Below are positions 42,073 through 52,669 of a stretch of 64,000 bases of DNA, piece by piece. Made by a program: the position numbers and the translations under genes. The DNA is taken from contig CBDBKE010000001.1 of NCBI GenBank assembly GCA_965206645.1, positions 1 through 64,000 of the forward strand. The letters are read 5' to 3'. How positions within the stretch are numbered: the stretch's first letter is position 1; each line of letters starts with the position of its first letter. The notes beneath the pieces were generated by a model. It worked only from the letters and a program-made list of their open reading frames with translations, was not told the origin of the DNA and ran no database searches. Origin of the DNA: Terriglobia bacterium. Lineage in GTDB: Bacteria > Acidobacteriota > Terriglobia > JAJPHL01 > JAPKYU01.

Positions 42073-43215
42073 TTGTTAACAACGGGCAACATGAGTCGAC
42101 TTCACCAAGTCAGTGTGGAAGGAGCTATGCAACGCGAGGCGGTGGGCGATTTTACTAGTGAGACCGAACTGGTGAATTACTGTCGAGGTAAACGTATCCT
42201 GATCACGGGCGCCGGAGGGTCAATTGGTTCCGAAATCGCGCAACAGCTGGCGCAGCTTGAGGCCGGGTATCTCCTTCTGGTGGATAAGGACGAGAACGGA
42301 CTTTATGAATTACAAGTTCGATTTGCGGCACAAGTTCAACCATGCCGCTATGAACTGCTGGTAGCCGACATTCGGTTTACTGAAAGAATCCGGAGTATTT
42401 TTGAGCAGTTTCGTCCGGAGGCTGTCTTTCATGCCGCCGCCCACAAGCATGTTTCTCTGATGGAAATAAACCCAACCGAAGCGGTTCTGAACAACGTCTT
42501 TGGGACAAGGACTCTGATCGAACAGGCAATCGCACACAAAACTTCCGTGTTTGTGTTTGTCTCTACTGATAAGGCGGCGGAGCCCTCCAGCATCATGGGT
42601 GCGACGAAGCGCCTGGGAGAATTGATGGTCGACAGCAAGCGCGGTCATTCCAACACGCGTTTCGCTTGTGTTCGGTTCGGAAACGTGATCGGCAGTCGTG
42701 GCAGCGTGATTCCTTTGTTTCAGAAGCAGATTGCGGAAGGCGGGCCAATCACGCTTACACACCCAGAGGTCTATCGTTATTTCATGACCATACCAGAAGC
42801 AGCTAACCTAGTGATTCGGGTTGGTATCCTGGATGGATATGAGGAAGGCATCTATGTGCTGGACATGGGAGATCCCATTCGGATTGCTGACCTCGCGCAC
42901 GATCTGATCGAGTTGTCTGGATTGCGTCCCGGTCGTGACATCCGCATCGAGACGATTGGCCTGCGACCCGGCGACAAGTTGCGTGAGCAGCTGGTCGGAG
43001 AGGGTGCGTATTTGAAACCCACGAAGCATCCCCGGATCTTTGTAGTTGTCACAAGGACCCAGCCCAAGCCTCATGAGCTTGAAGCGATGTTAGCCCGGTT
43101 GTGGGAGGCGACCCGGCGGAACGACGCGGCGCAGATCCGTCGATTGTTCAATGAATTCGATTTCAGATTCCAAAAACCAAAGGCCAATTTGACGTTGGCA
43201 TCTGCCCGTGAGTAA
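42073..43215 (+). CDS. Nucleotide-sugar dehydratase, CapD/PglF catalytic domain only (polysaccharide biosynthesis protein)
   Basis: TGAGGSIGSE, FHAAAHKHV, STDKA, MGATKR, VRFGNVIGSRGSV, RYFMTIPEA. Confidence 0.9.
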   Translation: MLTTGNMSRLHQVSVEGAMQREAVGDFTSETELVNYCRGKRILITGAGGSIGSEIAQQLAQLEAGYLLLVDKDENGLYELQVRFAAQVQPCRYELLVADIRFTERIRSIFEQFRPEAVFHAAAHKHVSLMEINPTEAVLNNVFGTRTLIEQAIAHKTSVFVFVSTDKAAEPSSIMGATKRLGELMVDSKRGHSNTRFACVRFGNVIGSRGSVIPLFQKQIAEGGPITLTHPEVYRYFMTIPEAANLVIRVGILDGYEEGIYVLDMGDPIRIADLAHDLIELSGLRPGRDIRIETIGLRPGDKLREQLVGEGAYLKPTKHPRIFVVVTRTQPKPHELEAMLARLWEATRRNDAAQIRRLFNEFDFRFQKPKANLTLASARE

Positions 43216-43481
43216 AATGAACAGTCAACGAGCGCTCGTGGGACGGCCGGTTGAGCATAATTGTCACAGCGCCGGGCGAGTCAACTTGGTGGCCGACTTT
43301 GGGAGGCCGCCAAAGTGATCAAGAAATCGCTGGAGCGGCACGCCGCCGACAGGCCTGTTCACCAGGCAACGGTTCGGCCTTGACCTCATAGACCCGAATG
43401 CAAGTCAGAGCCAAGCGGGCGGCTTCTGGCTTCCCGCCGGCGCGGCAGCAGTTCAAATCAAGGCCAGGAAAGGAGCCGCAG

Positions 43482-44096
43482 ATGGAAGGGCCAACTGCAC
43501 GCGAGCGCGCTCGGGACCACCTGACCGCCAGCGCCGAAACCAAACGCCGGATAGAGGAAACATGCCTTGACGAGATACTTCAGGCTGCGGAGCTGGTGGC
43601 GGCAGCGCTCCGCACGGGCGGCAAGGTGATGACCTGCGGCAACGGTGGCAGCGCAGCCGACTCTCAGCATATCTCGGCTGAGTTCACCAATCGCCTTAGC
43701 GCCGAATTCGACCGGCCTGCTTTGGCAGCAATGGCATTGACTACTGACACTTCCTTTCTGACCGCTAATGCGAACGATTTCGGCTTTGGGTACGTCTTTG
43801 AGCGACAGGTCCAGGCATTGGGCCGCGAGGGGGACATACTTATCGGGATCAGCACCAGCGGCAACTCCGACAATGTCGTGCGCGCGGTTCGGCTTTGCCG
43901 TGAGCGTGGAATCAAGACGATCGGCCTGTTGGGGGGCAACGGCGGCCGGCTTCGTGACCTGGTTGATGTTGCCGTGATTGTGCCCAGTGCTAGTACGCAG
44001 CACGTTCAGGAAGCGCACATTGCCATTGGCCACATCCTCTGCAATTTAGTAGAGATGGCCATCTTTAAACCCGGCGCGCAGGACACTGCAGGATAA
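43482..44096 (+). CDS. gmhA: D-sedoheptulose-7-phosphate isomerase
   Basis: CGNGGSAADSQH, ISTSGNS, QEAHI..GH; AAGGAG RBS. Confidence 0.92.
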   Translation: MEGPTARERARDHLTASAETKRRIEETCLDEILQAAELVAAALRTGGKVMTCGNGGSAADSQHISAEFTNRLSAEFDRPALAAMALTTDTSFLTANANDFGFGYVFERQVQALGREGDILIGISTSGNSDNVVRAVRLCRERGIKTIGLLGGNGGRLRDLVDVAVIVPSASTQHVQEAHIAIGHILCNLVEMAIFKPGAQDTAG

Positions 44097-44231
44097 GATG
44101 GGGGCTTATTGATTTGATCGACCTGGGCGCTACATTCCAGCTCACGTCGTTCTTCCCTCTTTGTACAGCCAGGGCCATTTCCGCCTGCTGGAGGCCTTCC
44201 ACGGGTTCGGCTAGGAAGGTCCGAAGGCAGC

Positions 44232-45834
44232 TTAACCTTCGAACTTGACTCCGTAGGAATAACGGTCGCCTTTGGCCGCCGGGGCTGACGCGGACGATGC
44301 GGCTGGGCGTCTCCAGATGCTCTGCGTCTTCGCGGAAGTGCATGGCTACCCAAACTACCTCGTCCAGCTCATACGAAGCGCGGCTTTCGAAGCAGATTCC
44401 GCCGCGGGAGACGTCGACCGGCGCGACGACCTCAGAGGAACTGGGACGGCGGATGCGGGCCTGGGTGCGGACGAAGATGCGACGAGCGGTGCGGCGTTCG
44501 CTCCGGGGAACCTCAGGCTCAGCCGATGGGGCGGCTTCTGCCTCTGCCGCCGGCTGGGCAGCGACCTCCGGAGAAGGCCACAGCAGCGCCTCCAATTCGG
44601 TGCCCACCAGCAGGCGTGCGGCAGCGGCGGCTTCCAGCCTGGTCGTGGTCTCTTCGGCTTGCTCGCGCGCCGCCCCGGCTACCTGAGCCGCTTTGGAGAG
44701 TTCCGCAGCTCGCTTCGCCGCTGCCTTCCCGCTCTCTTTGAAACTTTTCAGAGCAGCTGCTTTTGCCTGGGCAGCGGCCTCCAGCTTCCGCAGGTTCTGC
44801 GTGATCTCGCGTTCGGCGGCTTCCTGATTGCTCCGGGCCTGATCGATTGACTGGCGGGCAGTTTCGGCCATGTTTCGGGCCTGTTCGCGCTTTTCGGCCA
44901 GCTCTTGGGCCCGCTGCCGAACCTGCTCGGCCCGCTGTGCGGCCTCCTCAGCTTCTCGCCGCAGTTTTTCTGACTTGGCTTCGGCCTCACCGGCTTCCTT
45001 GGTGGCTTTGATGAGTGCCTTGGCCGCTGCCTCGGCCTTCGATTCCGCTTCCGGGATTTGAGTTGCGGCTTCTTGCGCTTTCCGCTCGACTGCCGTGCGG
45101 GCGCCGGTGAGCTCTGTTAACTCCGCTTCCGCGCGGTTTGTCGCCTCTATGGCGTTGCGCTGCGCGGCCTGAGCTTCAACGTGGCGGGTGGCTTCGGCTG
45201 CTTCGCTCGCGGCGGCTTCCTCCGCCGCCTGGCGTGCCTGTTCGGCCACGGCTTGCGCTTCCTCTTCAGCTCGCTGTGTCACCTCCGCCTGTTCGTTCAG
45301 CTGTCCCCCCCGTTCCTCGCGGGAGCGGCGCTCCTGTTCTGTTTTCTCGCGCCCTGCCGCTTCGGAGCGCGCCTGCGCCACCGACTCCTTTTCCCAATCG
45401 GTCTCGGCAGCGCAATTCGGGCAGTTCCGCGTCAGGCGCTCGGTCCGTTCCAGTTTTTCGATCTCGTATTCTTCCAGCGGCACCGTCTCGCGCGTCTGGC
45501 AGGCAATGCAGACTAGGTTCATGCGCCGGCGCAGGTCAGGCGCGAGCTTTGGTGGGAGGCCAAAATCGAGCTGCCAGATGTTCACCGAATGATCGCGGAG
45601 AAGCAGCTTCGCTTCATTGGGCACCGGCCTGCTGTCCATCAGAAACTCGGCCTGATACCCGCTCTGCTTGTTGAAGATCATCACGTCGGCACCGGGGTCC
45701 AGGTTATGCCGCAGGCGCACCTGCACCCAGGTCCGGGCCACCATCGTGGTTACGGTGTCCTCTTGGAACCCTCGCTGGGGGTCGTCCCTCAATACCAGGA
45801 TTGGGATTCGTTGCTGGTGCTCTTTTTCGGCCAT
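44232..45834 (-). CDS. Zn-ribbon plus long Ala/Glu coiled-coil plus C-terminal PilZ domain protein; indel near 44275
   Basis: CIAC...CPNC; AEE-rich helix; 'ERRTARR...DVSRGG' PilZ motifs. A shifted frame gives ...GDRYSYGVKFEG* ending at 44232. Confidence 0.7.
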
Positions 45835-45981
45835 GCGCTTGATCCCATCATCTTGATCCATCGTGGGGAAGCATTATGGCACTGCTTCCGTTAAACAGAC
45901 AAGATGCCGGCCACTTTCGAGAACAAAAAAGAGGCGAGAAACAAAAGAGGGCGCCAGAAATCAGTTCAGACCAGAAATCAG

Positions 45982-47811
45982 TCAGAAAGGTTTAGGGCCC
46001 AAAGTGAAAGGAATCTGGACCAGGGCTTCCAGCTTCACTGGATGCCCATCGCGCGTGGCGGGTCGGAACTGCCAGCGAAGCAGCGCCTGGACTGCGTTTT
46101 CGTCCAGGCGCGGATGCAAGCTCCGCACCACGCGTACCGAATCCACCTTCCCGTCCTGGTGGATGACGGCGTACAACACCACGGTGCCTTCTACCCCCTC
46201 GCGGACGGCACCCGGGTCGTAGCCGGGGTCTACCTTGCGCAAGGCCACTGGAGCAGTCAGCTCCGGTTCATCGACCCTTAGCACTGGAGCGCCGAGTTCC
46301 GAGAAACGCATGATCCAGCTTCCGCTCTGGCTGCTCAAGTTGGGCATGTTGATGTAAACCGTGTAAACCCTCTTGCTGTAGAGAAAACCTTGCGCGGCGC
46401 GGCGATCCCCAGTCCCCCACTCCGGCAGACCCACCGTGGGACGCGTGGCCCGGGCCACCAGGGCAGCGATGACATTGGGGTTGGCGAGTCTCGCTGGCGC
46501 GGGTGTTGAGGGGGAGGGCGGAGCTGGCGGGGGACCGCTCACGATCGGCCCCAAACTGGCGGAAGGGGGCTGGATGCCCCCGCTGATGGAGATGCCAGGT
46601 ACGCGAATGTCGGCCAACTGACGTGCCGGACCCTGGCCAGTGCCCTCGCCTGCGGGCGCTGGGCCGCCCGCCCCGCCTCCCTCCAGTCCGGCCGGTGAGC
46701 CCGCGGGAGTGCCCGCCACCTTCCCCGAGGGACCGATGCTGAAGCTGCCAGCCCGGTTCCCCGGCGGTACGGAAATCTCACCGCTTGGCGGTGCCGGGTC
46801 AATGCCCAGAGCAATCAGCCGCTCCAGTGCTCCGCTGTCGGCAGCAGCGGCCAGCTGGGGAGGCGAGGGCGGCGCCGCGCGCTCCCTGTCGGCGCTTGCC
46901 GGCTTCGCCTGCGTGACCGGGGCGGTCGTTGCAGGTGGCACCGCCAGCTGTGGCTTCCGCACCAGGGCTTCACTGGCGGCGATCTTCAGGTCTGAAACCG
47001 GTCGCTCCATGTTGGGCACTTCCGGAACCGGGTTGGGCATTTCCGGAACCGGGGGTTTGATCGCGGCCACACCCAGTTGTGGCAGTTTCAACTTGGACAA
47101 ATCGCGCCTGGCCAGGTCCACCGGCGGGATCGGAGGCGCGATATCGGTCGGCAGCAACAGGCGCGGTGCCTGCTGGGCGCGCACCTTGGGTGCTAGCAAG
47201 TATTGCAACGTGGGCTTTTGTGGCTGGCTCGCCCACATCACGACATTAGGCAGAGGCACGTCCTCGGAAATGCGAATGTTGGGCGACTCCGGCTGCACGA
47301 TCGTTTGCCGCGCGTTGTCAGGCCGTGAGGGATTGGAAGTGATGACTTGCCGGGATGTCCGGGCCGTGACGCCCAGCGGCGAGGCAGCGGGGGGTTGCCC
47401 GCCGCGCTCGGAGGGTTTTTCCCCGCCGTCCGGCGCTTCCGGGGAGATGGAGGGGAGCTCGTGGTCGTAATAATACCAGGTGATCTTTTGCTTCCGCAGA
47501 GCCGCCAATTCCTCCGCACTGGGCTGCCCCAGCAGCGGCAACAGATTTCCCAACACCACCAGCGCCGCCAGATGGAACAACCATGAGGAGGCCAGCGAGC
47601 GCGGCCGCACCGAGCCACGCCGCAGTGGCACCGTGAACCCCTCAAGCATGGCCGGCGTGACCCGGCTCGGAGCCAGAGCTGCCGCCAGGTTGCCCAGTAA
47701 CTCGGCCAGCCGCGACGACCGCTCCACCAGCAGCCGAGGGGCCGGATACAAGACCAGAGCATCGCGCCCCCCCAGCTTACGCCGGCTGACCAGCCGCAAG
47801 AAAATCCGCAT
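45982..47811 (-). CDS. TonB family energy transducer (long Pro-rich periplasmic region)
   Basis: TM 'SWLFH', Pro-rich linker, TonB_C 'VEGTVVLYAVI..DGKV..VRVVRSL...LDENAV.AL..WQFRPA'. Confidence 0.87.
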   Translation of the reverse strand: MRIFLRLVSRRKLGGRDALVLYPAPRLLVERSSRLAELLGNLAAALAPSRVTPAMLEGFTVPLRRGSVRPRSLASSWLFHLAALVVLGNLLPLLGQPSAEELAALRKQKITWYYYDHELPSISPEAPDGGEKPSERGGQPPAASPLGVTARTSRQVITSNPSRPDNARQTIVQPESPNIRISEDVPLPNVVMWASQPQKPTLQYLLAPKVRAQQAPRLLLPTDIAPPIPPVDLARRDLSKLKLPQLGVAAIKPPVPEMPNPVPEVPNMERPVSDLKIAASEALVRKPQLAVPPATTAPVTQAKPASADRERAAPPSPPQLAAAADSGALERLIALGIDPAPPSGEISVPPGNRAGSFSIGPSGKVAGTPAGSPAGLEGGGAGGPAPAGEGTGQGPARQLADIRVPGISISGGIQPPSASLGPIVSGPPPAPPSPSTPAPARLANPNVIAALVARATRPTVGLPEWGTGDRRAAQGFLYSKRVYTVYINMPNLSSQSGSWIMRFSELGAPVLRVDEPELTAPVALRKVDPGYDPGAVREGVEGTVVLYAVIHQDGKVDSVRVVRSLHPRLDENAVQALLRWQFRPATRDGHPVKLEALVQIPFTLGPKPF

Positions 47812-47893
47812 GACTTTGTTTCTGTATTATAGCGCGGGATGTTCTGTCGCAAAGGACAGGGATTCAGAGTTCGGAATGCAGGTTCCAGACTCT

Positions 47894-47929
47894 CCACTGC
47901 ATCGGCCACTGCTTCGGCCACTGCTTCGG
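47894..47929. repeat. Three tandem 12-nt units CCACTGC(A/T)TCGG
   Basis: Read directly from the intergenic sequence upstream of the tonB start. Confidence 0.8.
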
Positions 47930-47957
47930 AAAGCTGCTGGGCAGTATTCTTGTCTAA

Positions 47958-48266
47958 TTAGTATCTCTCCACGGCTCGCGAAATGCCCGGAAGAGCTCTG
48001 GTGAACTCGTCCTGATTCATGGCCGGCATGGCCTCGATATTCGCCTTCAAGGAGAGCCAGAGCGGCTCGGCTATCGCGGATATCTGGTGGGTCTCCTCAA
48101 CGTTCAATACAAAGTAGATCGTCCTCTGGCCGTGCTCCACGCAGTAGTAGACGGCCTCAGGCTTCAGGTCGGACAGGATGTCCTCCATTACCTTGCCGAA
48201 GTTGGGATCGCGCACCAGCGCGTTGCCGGCCTCCACAGGACTCGTTGCCCTTACTAAGAACCGCAT
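47958..48266 (-). CDS. Small conserved hypothetical protein (DUF3303/GYD-like alpha+beta fold)
   Basis: AAGGAGG RBS; 'LKPEAVYY...GQRT' pattern. Confidence 0.7.
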   Translation of the reverse strand: MRFLVRATSPVEAGNALVRDPNFGKVMEDILSDLKPEAVYYCVEHGQRTIYFVLNVEETHQISAIAEPLWLSLKANIEAMPAMNQDEFTRALPGISRAVERY

Positions 48267-48603
48267 ACGGTACCTCCTTTTCCGAAGATTCGAGCATTCT
48301 ACCCTCAGGGGCCGGGATCTCATAACTCACCGCTCAGGAGGTAGTGGGTCAGTTTCCGGGAAGCCGACTACACGGGAGTTGGCAGTCAGGCCGACCGGTC
48401 GGCCTAAAGCTGGCAGCATAGTTGTTGGATATGGAAGAGGGCGTTACAATTACAGGGATGCCGCAGGAGTTCGGCTTTTCGGTGAGCCATTCGGAGGAAG
48501 GTGAGGTTCGCATTCCGCTTCATGGATACCATCTGATTGCACTTCGGCAGATTAGCTACGAGCTACTGAACAGCCCTGCGCTTCTGGATCTGTTGTCGAA
48601 AAG

Positions 48604-49515
48604 GTGAACTATATGGGCGGAGGAACGAAGCCGGCACCAGGGGCAGCAGCGGCGCCAGAGATGGACCTGAAAAAGTTCCTGGAGTCTGTCCCGCCCGGGC
48701 GGTGGGTCAAAGTAAAAAACCTGGCGAGACAGACGACTCGCTTCGGGGCAACAAACCTTGAAGCGACCCTGCAGGCTCTGGAACTATTTTGCCCGGCCGA
48801 ATCACGCGACGGGATTCGTTTTTTTGCGCCGACCGACTCCCTAGACTGGCTCAAGTCGCAAGTACTAAGGGAGACCTTCGTCGAGTTCCGCTGCCGAAAC
48901 TGCCAAGGGTCCAGGAAGACTTTTGCGCTATGGCTATTGTTAGGCAAGGACGGGGAAAAGGGCGAAGTCTTCAAATTAGGCGAAGTTCCAGCGTTCGGCC
49001 CTCCGACACCGGCCCGCTTGATCTCGCTGATTGGCCCCGAAAAGGATTACTACCTGAAGGGACGACATGCTGAGAATCAAGGGCTAGGGATCGGGGCGTT
49101 CGTCTACTACCGCCGTGTCGTTGAAAACCAGAAGGACCGAATCTTCGACGATATCCTCAAAGTCTCAGAGAAAATCGGTGCGCCCAAAGAGCTACTCGCG
49201 CAACTGACTGCAGCGAAGGCCGAAACGCAATTCAGCAAGGCGGTCGAGACCATAAAGCAAGCTATTCCGCAGGCACTCCTCATCAACGGACACCACAACC
49301 CGCTGATGCTGCTCCACTCGGCATTGAGCGAAGGATTGCACGATAAAACAGACGATCAGTGCTTGGAGCTGGCCACAAGTATTCGTGTTGTGCTAACGGA
49401 ACTGGTCGAGCGCATGGCGAACGCGTTGCAGGGAAAGGCTGAGCTCAATGCTGCTGTTGGCAAATTGTTCAAAGGGAATGTGCCGAAGCCGCAGGACTCG
49501 AACAACGGCGGCTAA
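48604..49515 (+). CDS. Hypothetical protein with Cys motifs and a DUF4145/HEPN-like helical C-terminus
   Basis: 303-aa ORF, CRNC, 'GIGAFVYYRRVVE', 'LSEGLH'. Confidence 0.6.
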   Translation: MNYMGGGTKPAPGAAAAPEMDLKKFLESVPPGRWVKVKNLARQTTRFGATNLEATLQALELFCPAESRDGIRFFAPTDSLDWLKSQVLRETFVEFRCRNCQGSRKTFALWLLLGKDGEKGEVFKLGEVPAFGPPTPARLISLIGPEKDYYLKGRHAENQGLGIGAFVYYRRVVENQKDRIFDDILKVSEKIGAPKELLAQLTAAKAETQFSKAVETIKQAIPQALLINGHHNPLMLLHSALSEGLHDKTDDQCLELATSIRVVLTELVERMANALQGKAELNAAVGKLFKGNVPKPQDSNNGG

Positions 49516-49712
49516 TTCCCGTCGGCGGGCGCAACTTCCGAAAAACGTGCTACTTGGAAACTGACCCACTACCGCTCAGAGGTCGAAAACGGACAGCAAA
49601 GCGGTTCAGATCGGTTATTCTTGCGGGTGATTCCGGGAGGAGCGGAGTACGAGAACGAGGGTCCTCAGGCCTGGTAAAATAGAGGCCTACAAATTGTACG
49701 GCGTGAAGGAGG

Positions 49713-50531
49713 TTGGTGGTGAGCGGAACTCGGCTGGGTCGGTGGTCACGCAAGAGGGAACCCGAGGAGCAGGCGCCCCGGGCAGTGCCGGAGGGTCCCT
49801 TACCCGGAACGCTGCTCAATGAGATGGATGGGTCGGAGTTGCTCCTGGTGCCGGCAGGCAGCTGCCTCCAGGGCAGTCTTGAGAGTCAGGGCGACCCCGA
49901 CGAGCGCCCGCAGCGAGAGATTTACCTGGACGCCTTCTACGTTGCCAAGTACCCGGTGACCAACCGGCAGTACCGCAAGTTTCTCGAGCAGACCGGATAC
50001 AAGGTCCCGCTGCTTTGGAACGATCCGCAATTCAACCAGGACGAGCAGCCGGTTGCCGGGGTCAGTTGGGACGACGCGCAGGCCTACTGTCAATGGGCAG
50101 GGTTGCGCCTAGCCTCCGAAGCAGAGTGGGAAAAGGCGGCCAGCTGGGACGAGTCCAACAAACTGAAGAGGTGGTGGCCCTGGGGTGACACCGAGCCCGA
50201 TCCTGAACGCCTCAATTACGCCAACAACGTGAGCCACACCACTCCGGTGAACGGCTATCCGCGCGGCGCTTCCTCCCACGGCTGCCATGACATGGCCGGT
50301 AACGTCTGGGAATGGGTCGAGGACTGGTACCTGTACAACTACTACGCGAAAGGCCCGGCGGAAAATCCGCGCGGCCCGGCGACCTCTCCCGAGAAGACTC
50401 CCTATAAAGTTCTGCGCGGCGGCTCGTTCCGCAGTCCTGCCGGCTACGTGAGCACCACCTACCGCTACTGGCACAGCCCCGATTACACCGATACGGAAAT
50501 CGGCTTTCGCTGTGCCAAGAGCATCCCCTGA
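49713..50531 (+). CDS. Formylglycine-generating enzyme (SUMF1/EgtB/PvdO) domain protein
   Basis: DERPQ, PVTNRQY, RL.SEAEWEKAA, DMAGNVWEW, RGGS, IGFRC. Confidence 0.88.
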   Translation: MVVSGTRLGRWSRKREPEEQAPRAVPEGPLPGTLLNEMDGSELLLVPAGSCLQGSLESQGDPDERPQREIYLDAFYVAKYPVTNRQYRKFLEQTGYKVPLLWNDPQFNQDEQPVAGVSWDDAQAYCQWAGLRLASEAEWEKAASWDESNKLKRWWPWGDTEPDPERLNYANNVSHTTPVNGYPRGASSHGCHDMAGNVWEWVEDWYLYNYYAKGPAENPRGPATSPEKTPYKVLRGGSFRSPAGYVSTTYRYWHSPDYTDTEIGFRCAKSIP

Positions 50532-50550
50532 GCGGCCTGGCTAGCCCTGA

Positions 50551-52377
50551 TCAAGCCTCCCTACTGTTCCGCCAATTGCGCAGCCTGGCAACCAACGCCT
50601 TGAGGGTCAGGCGCAACAGTTGCCACCAAGCGGGCCGCCGGGCGCGAGTGAGTTCACCAGCCAGATAAAGACGGCGACAGGCATCGCGGCGCAGCTTGCC
50701 ACTGGGGGTCTTGGGAATGGTCTGGGGTGGGACCAACACCAGTTTGTCGGGCGGATGGCCCAGACGGGCCAGTCGGCGCATGATTTCGGCGCGCACCTCA
50801 GCCCGCGGACCCGGACGAGTCTCGCGAGTCTCGGCCACCAGCACAATCCGCTCGGTGCCGTGTTCGGGGTCGGTGACGGCAAAGGCAGCAACACACCCTT
50901 TTCGCACGCCCCTGACTTCGCTGGCCACTTCTTCAAGCTCCTGGGGGTAGATGTTGTGGCCGGCCTTAATGATGACGTCCTTGATGCGCCCGGTGATGTG
51001 CAGTTCGCCGTCGGCTAGGTAGGCCAGGTCTCCTGAATCGAGCCATCTATTAACCAGGCCATCACCCAGGCCATCGCACCGGATGGCCTGGGTTGCGTCC
51101 GGGTTGCGGTAGTAGCCGCGCATGGCCGAGGGTCCCTGGAATTGCAGTCGCCCCTCCACCCTCTCCGGCACGGGTTGGCCGACGGCGTCAACGATGCGGG
51201 CTTCGTGGCCGGGCAAGGGTTGGCCTACGGAGACAAAACGCAGCGGCGCCGGATCGCGGGCATCGCTGGGCACGGCCCGTTGCTGCCGGACGAACGGCTC
51301 TCGCTGGATGGCATCGACACGCGGCGGGCGTCCCAGAGGCGAAAAACTGAGAGCCACGGCGCATTCGGCCAGCCCGTACACCGGCATCAGGGCTTCCGGC
51401 CGGAACCCGTACGGGGCAAAGCGGGCCGTGAACCGCGCCAGGGTCTCGGGGCTGATGGGCTCGGCGCCGTTCATGGCCACGCGCCACGAGCTGAGGTCGA
51501 GTCCGTCCAGCGCCCGGTCGTCCACCCTGCGCACGCACATCTCATAAGCGAAGTTGGGCGCTGGCGACAGCGTGCCGCGGTGCTCATGGATCATCTGCAG
51601 CCAGCGTTGCGGCCGGCGCAAGAAAGCGATCGGCGAGGTGACGGCGACGGGCAGGCCGTAATAAAGGCAAAAGAGCCAGCAGCCGATCAGCCCCATGTCG
51701 TGATACAGCGGAAGCCAGCAGACGCCGACGTCGTCCGGACGCACCTCGACGCCCTGGCCGATGGCGCGCACATTGCTGAGGACGTTGGCATGGGTCAGCA
51801 CCACACCTTTTGGCTCCCCGGTGCTGCCGGAGGTGTACTGGATAAGGGCGATGTCGGTGGGCTGCAAGGCGTTTCGGGACGGCTTGGCTGTTGCCGCGGC
51901 CAGCGCCTCCACCGTGGTAACGCTACGCAGGCTGGGAATACTTGGCCCGAGCAGTCGTGCCAGAGTGCGCGCTTCCCGGACGGTGATCAGCACTCGGGCT
52001 TCGGCATTGCGCAACAGTTTCGTTTGACGCTGCACGTACTCCTCGATCCGATCGGCCCGCACCGGCGGGTAGATCGGCACTGGAATCCCTCCGGCCAAAG
52101 TCACTCCCAGAAACGCGAAGAAGAAGTCTGGGCTGGTTGGCAACATCAGGGCCACGGTCTGGGCCTGCTCGAGTCCCTGGGCAAGCAGTCCTCCGGCTAC
52201 CTCCGAGGCGGCACTCAGCAGTTCGCCGTAGCTGATCGTGCGCAGCCGGCCGTCGTCCTGCCGCAGATGGATGTGAGCGCGGTCAGGTGTCGCCTGGGCC
52301 CGGGCGCGAAGCACCTCGTCCAATGTCTCAACCGCTACTGCCGGCGCTGTCGCCGCTCCTGTGGCAGCTGTTCTCAT
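50551..52377 (-). CDS. Fatty acyl-AMP ligase (FAAL)-type adenylating enzyme
   Basis: IQYTSGSTGEPKGV, WLPLYHDMGLIG, NGAEP, YGLAE, SGDL, PKTPSGKLRR. Confidence 0.9.
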   Translation of the reverse strand: MRTAATGAATAPAVAVETLDEVLRARAQATPDRAHIHLRQDDGRLRTISYGELLSAASEVAGGLLAQGLEQAQTVALMLPTSPDFFFAFLGVTLAGGIPVPIYPPVRADRIEEYVQRQTKLLRNAEARVLITVREARTLARLLGPSIPSLRSVTTVEALAAATAKPSRNALQPTDIALIQYTSGSTGEPKGVVLTHANVLSNVRAIGQGVEVRPDDVGVCWLPLYHDMGLIGCWLFCLYYGLPVAVTSPIAFLRRPQRWLQMIHEHRGTLSPAPNFAYEMCVRRVDDRALDGLDLSSWRVAMNGAEPISPETLARFTARFAPYGFRPEALMPVYGLAECAVALSFSPLGRPPRVDAIQREPFVRQQRAVPSDARDPAPLRFVSVGQPLPGHEARIVDAVGQPVPERVEGRLQFQGPSAMRGYYRNPDATQAIRCDGLGDGLVNRWLDSGDLAYLADGELHITGRIKDVIIKAGHNIYPQELEEVASEVRGVRKGCVAAFAVTDPEHGTERIVLVAETRETRPGPRAEVRAEIMRRLARLGHPPDKLVLVPPQTIPKTPSGKLRRDACRRLYLAGELTRARRPAWWQLLRLTLKALVARLRNWRNSREA

Positions 52378-52669
52378 CGTGACATGATCGAATAACTGTT
52401 AAATGTTAGGGCTGAAGGCGAAAGGTTTCAAGGCCCAACGCAGCTGCGTAGTGGGTCAATCTACGGTAAGGGCGTTACACATCCAGTGAGCGGCGTAGCA
52501 GCATCGGCAAATTACTAGCCGACTTGTGGGGACCTATCCACTGAATCTGAGGTAAGCGTCTTGTACTCAAAAACTTGGACTGACGCAAAGCAGGCTACTG
52601 CACGCCGATGGTGATGGATAAGAAGACGTCACACGTTTTCCATCCGGGGTCCAGGTGGCCTGGAGTGGC

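Noticed and set aside
49713-50531. A second egtB/senA
   Set aside because: FGE-sulfatase domain only; lacks the DinB_2 domain and the Fe-binding His motif.
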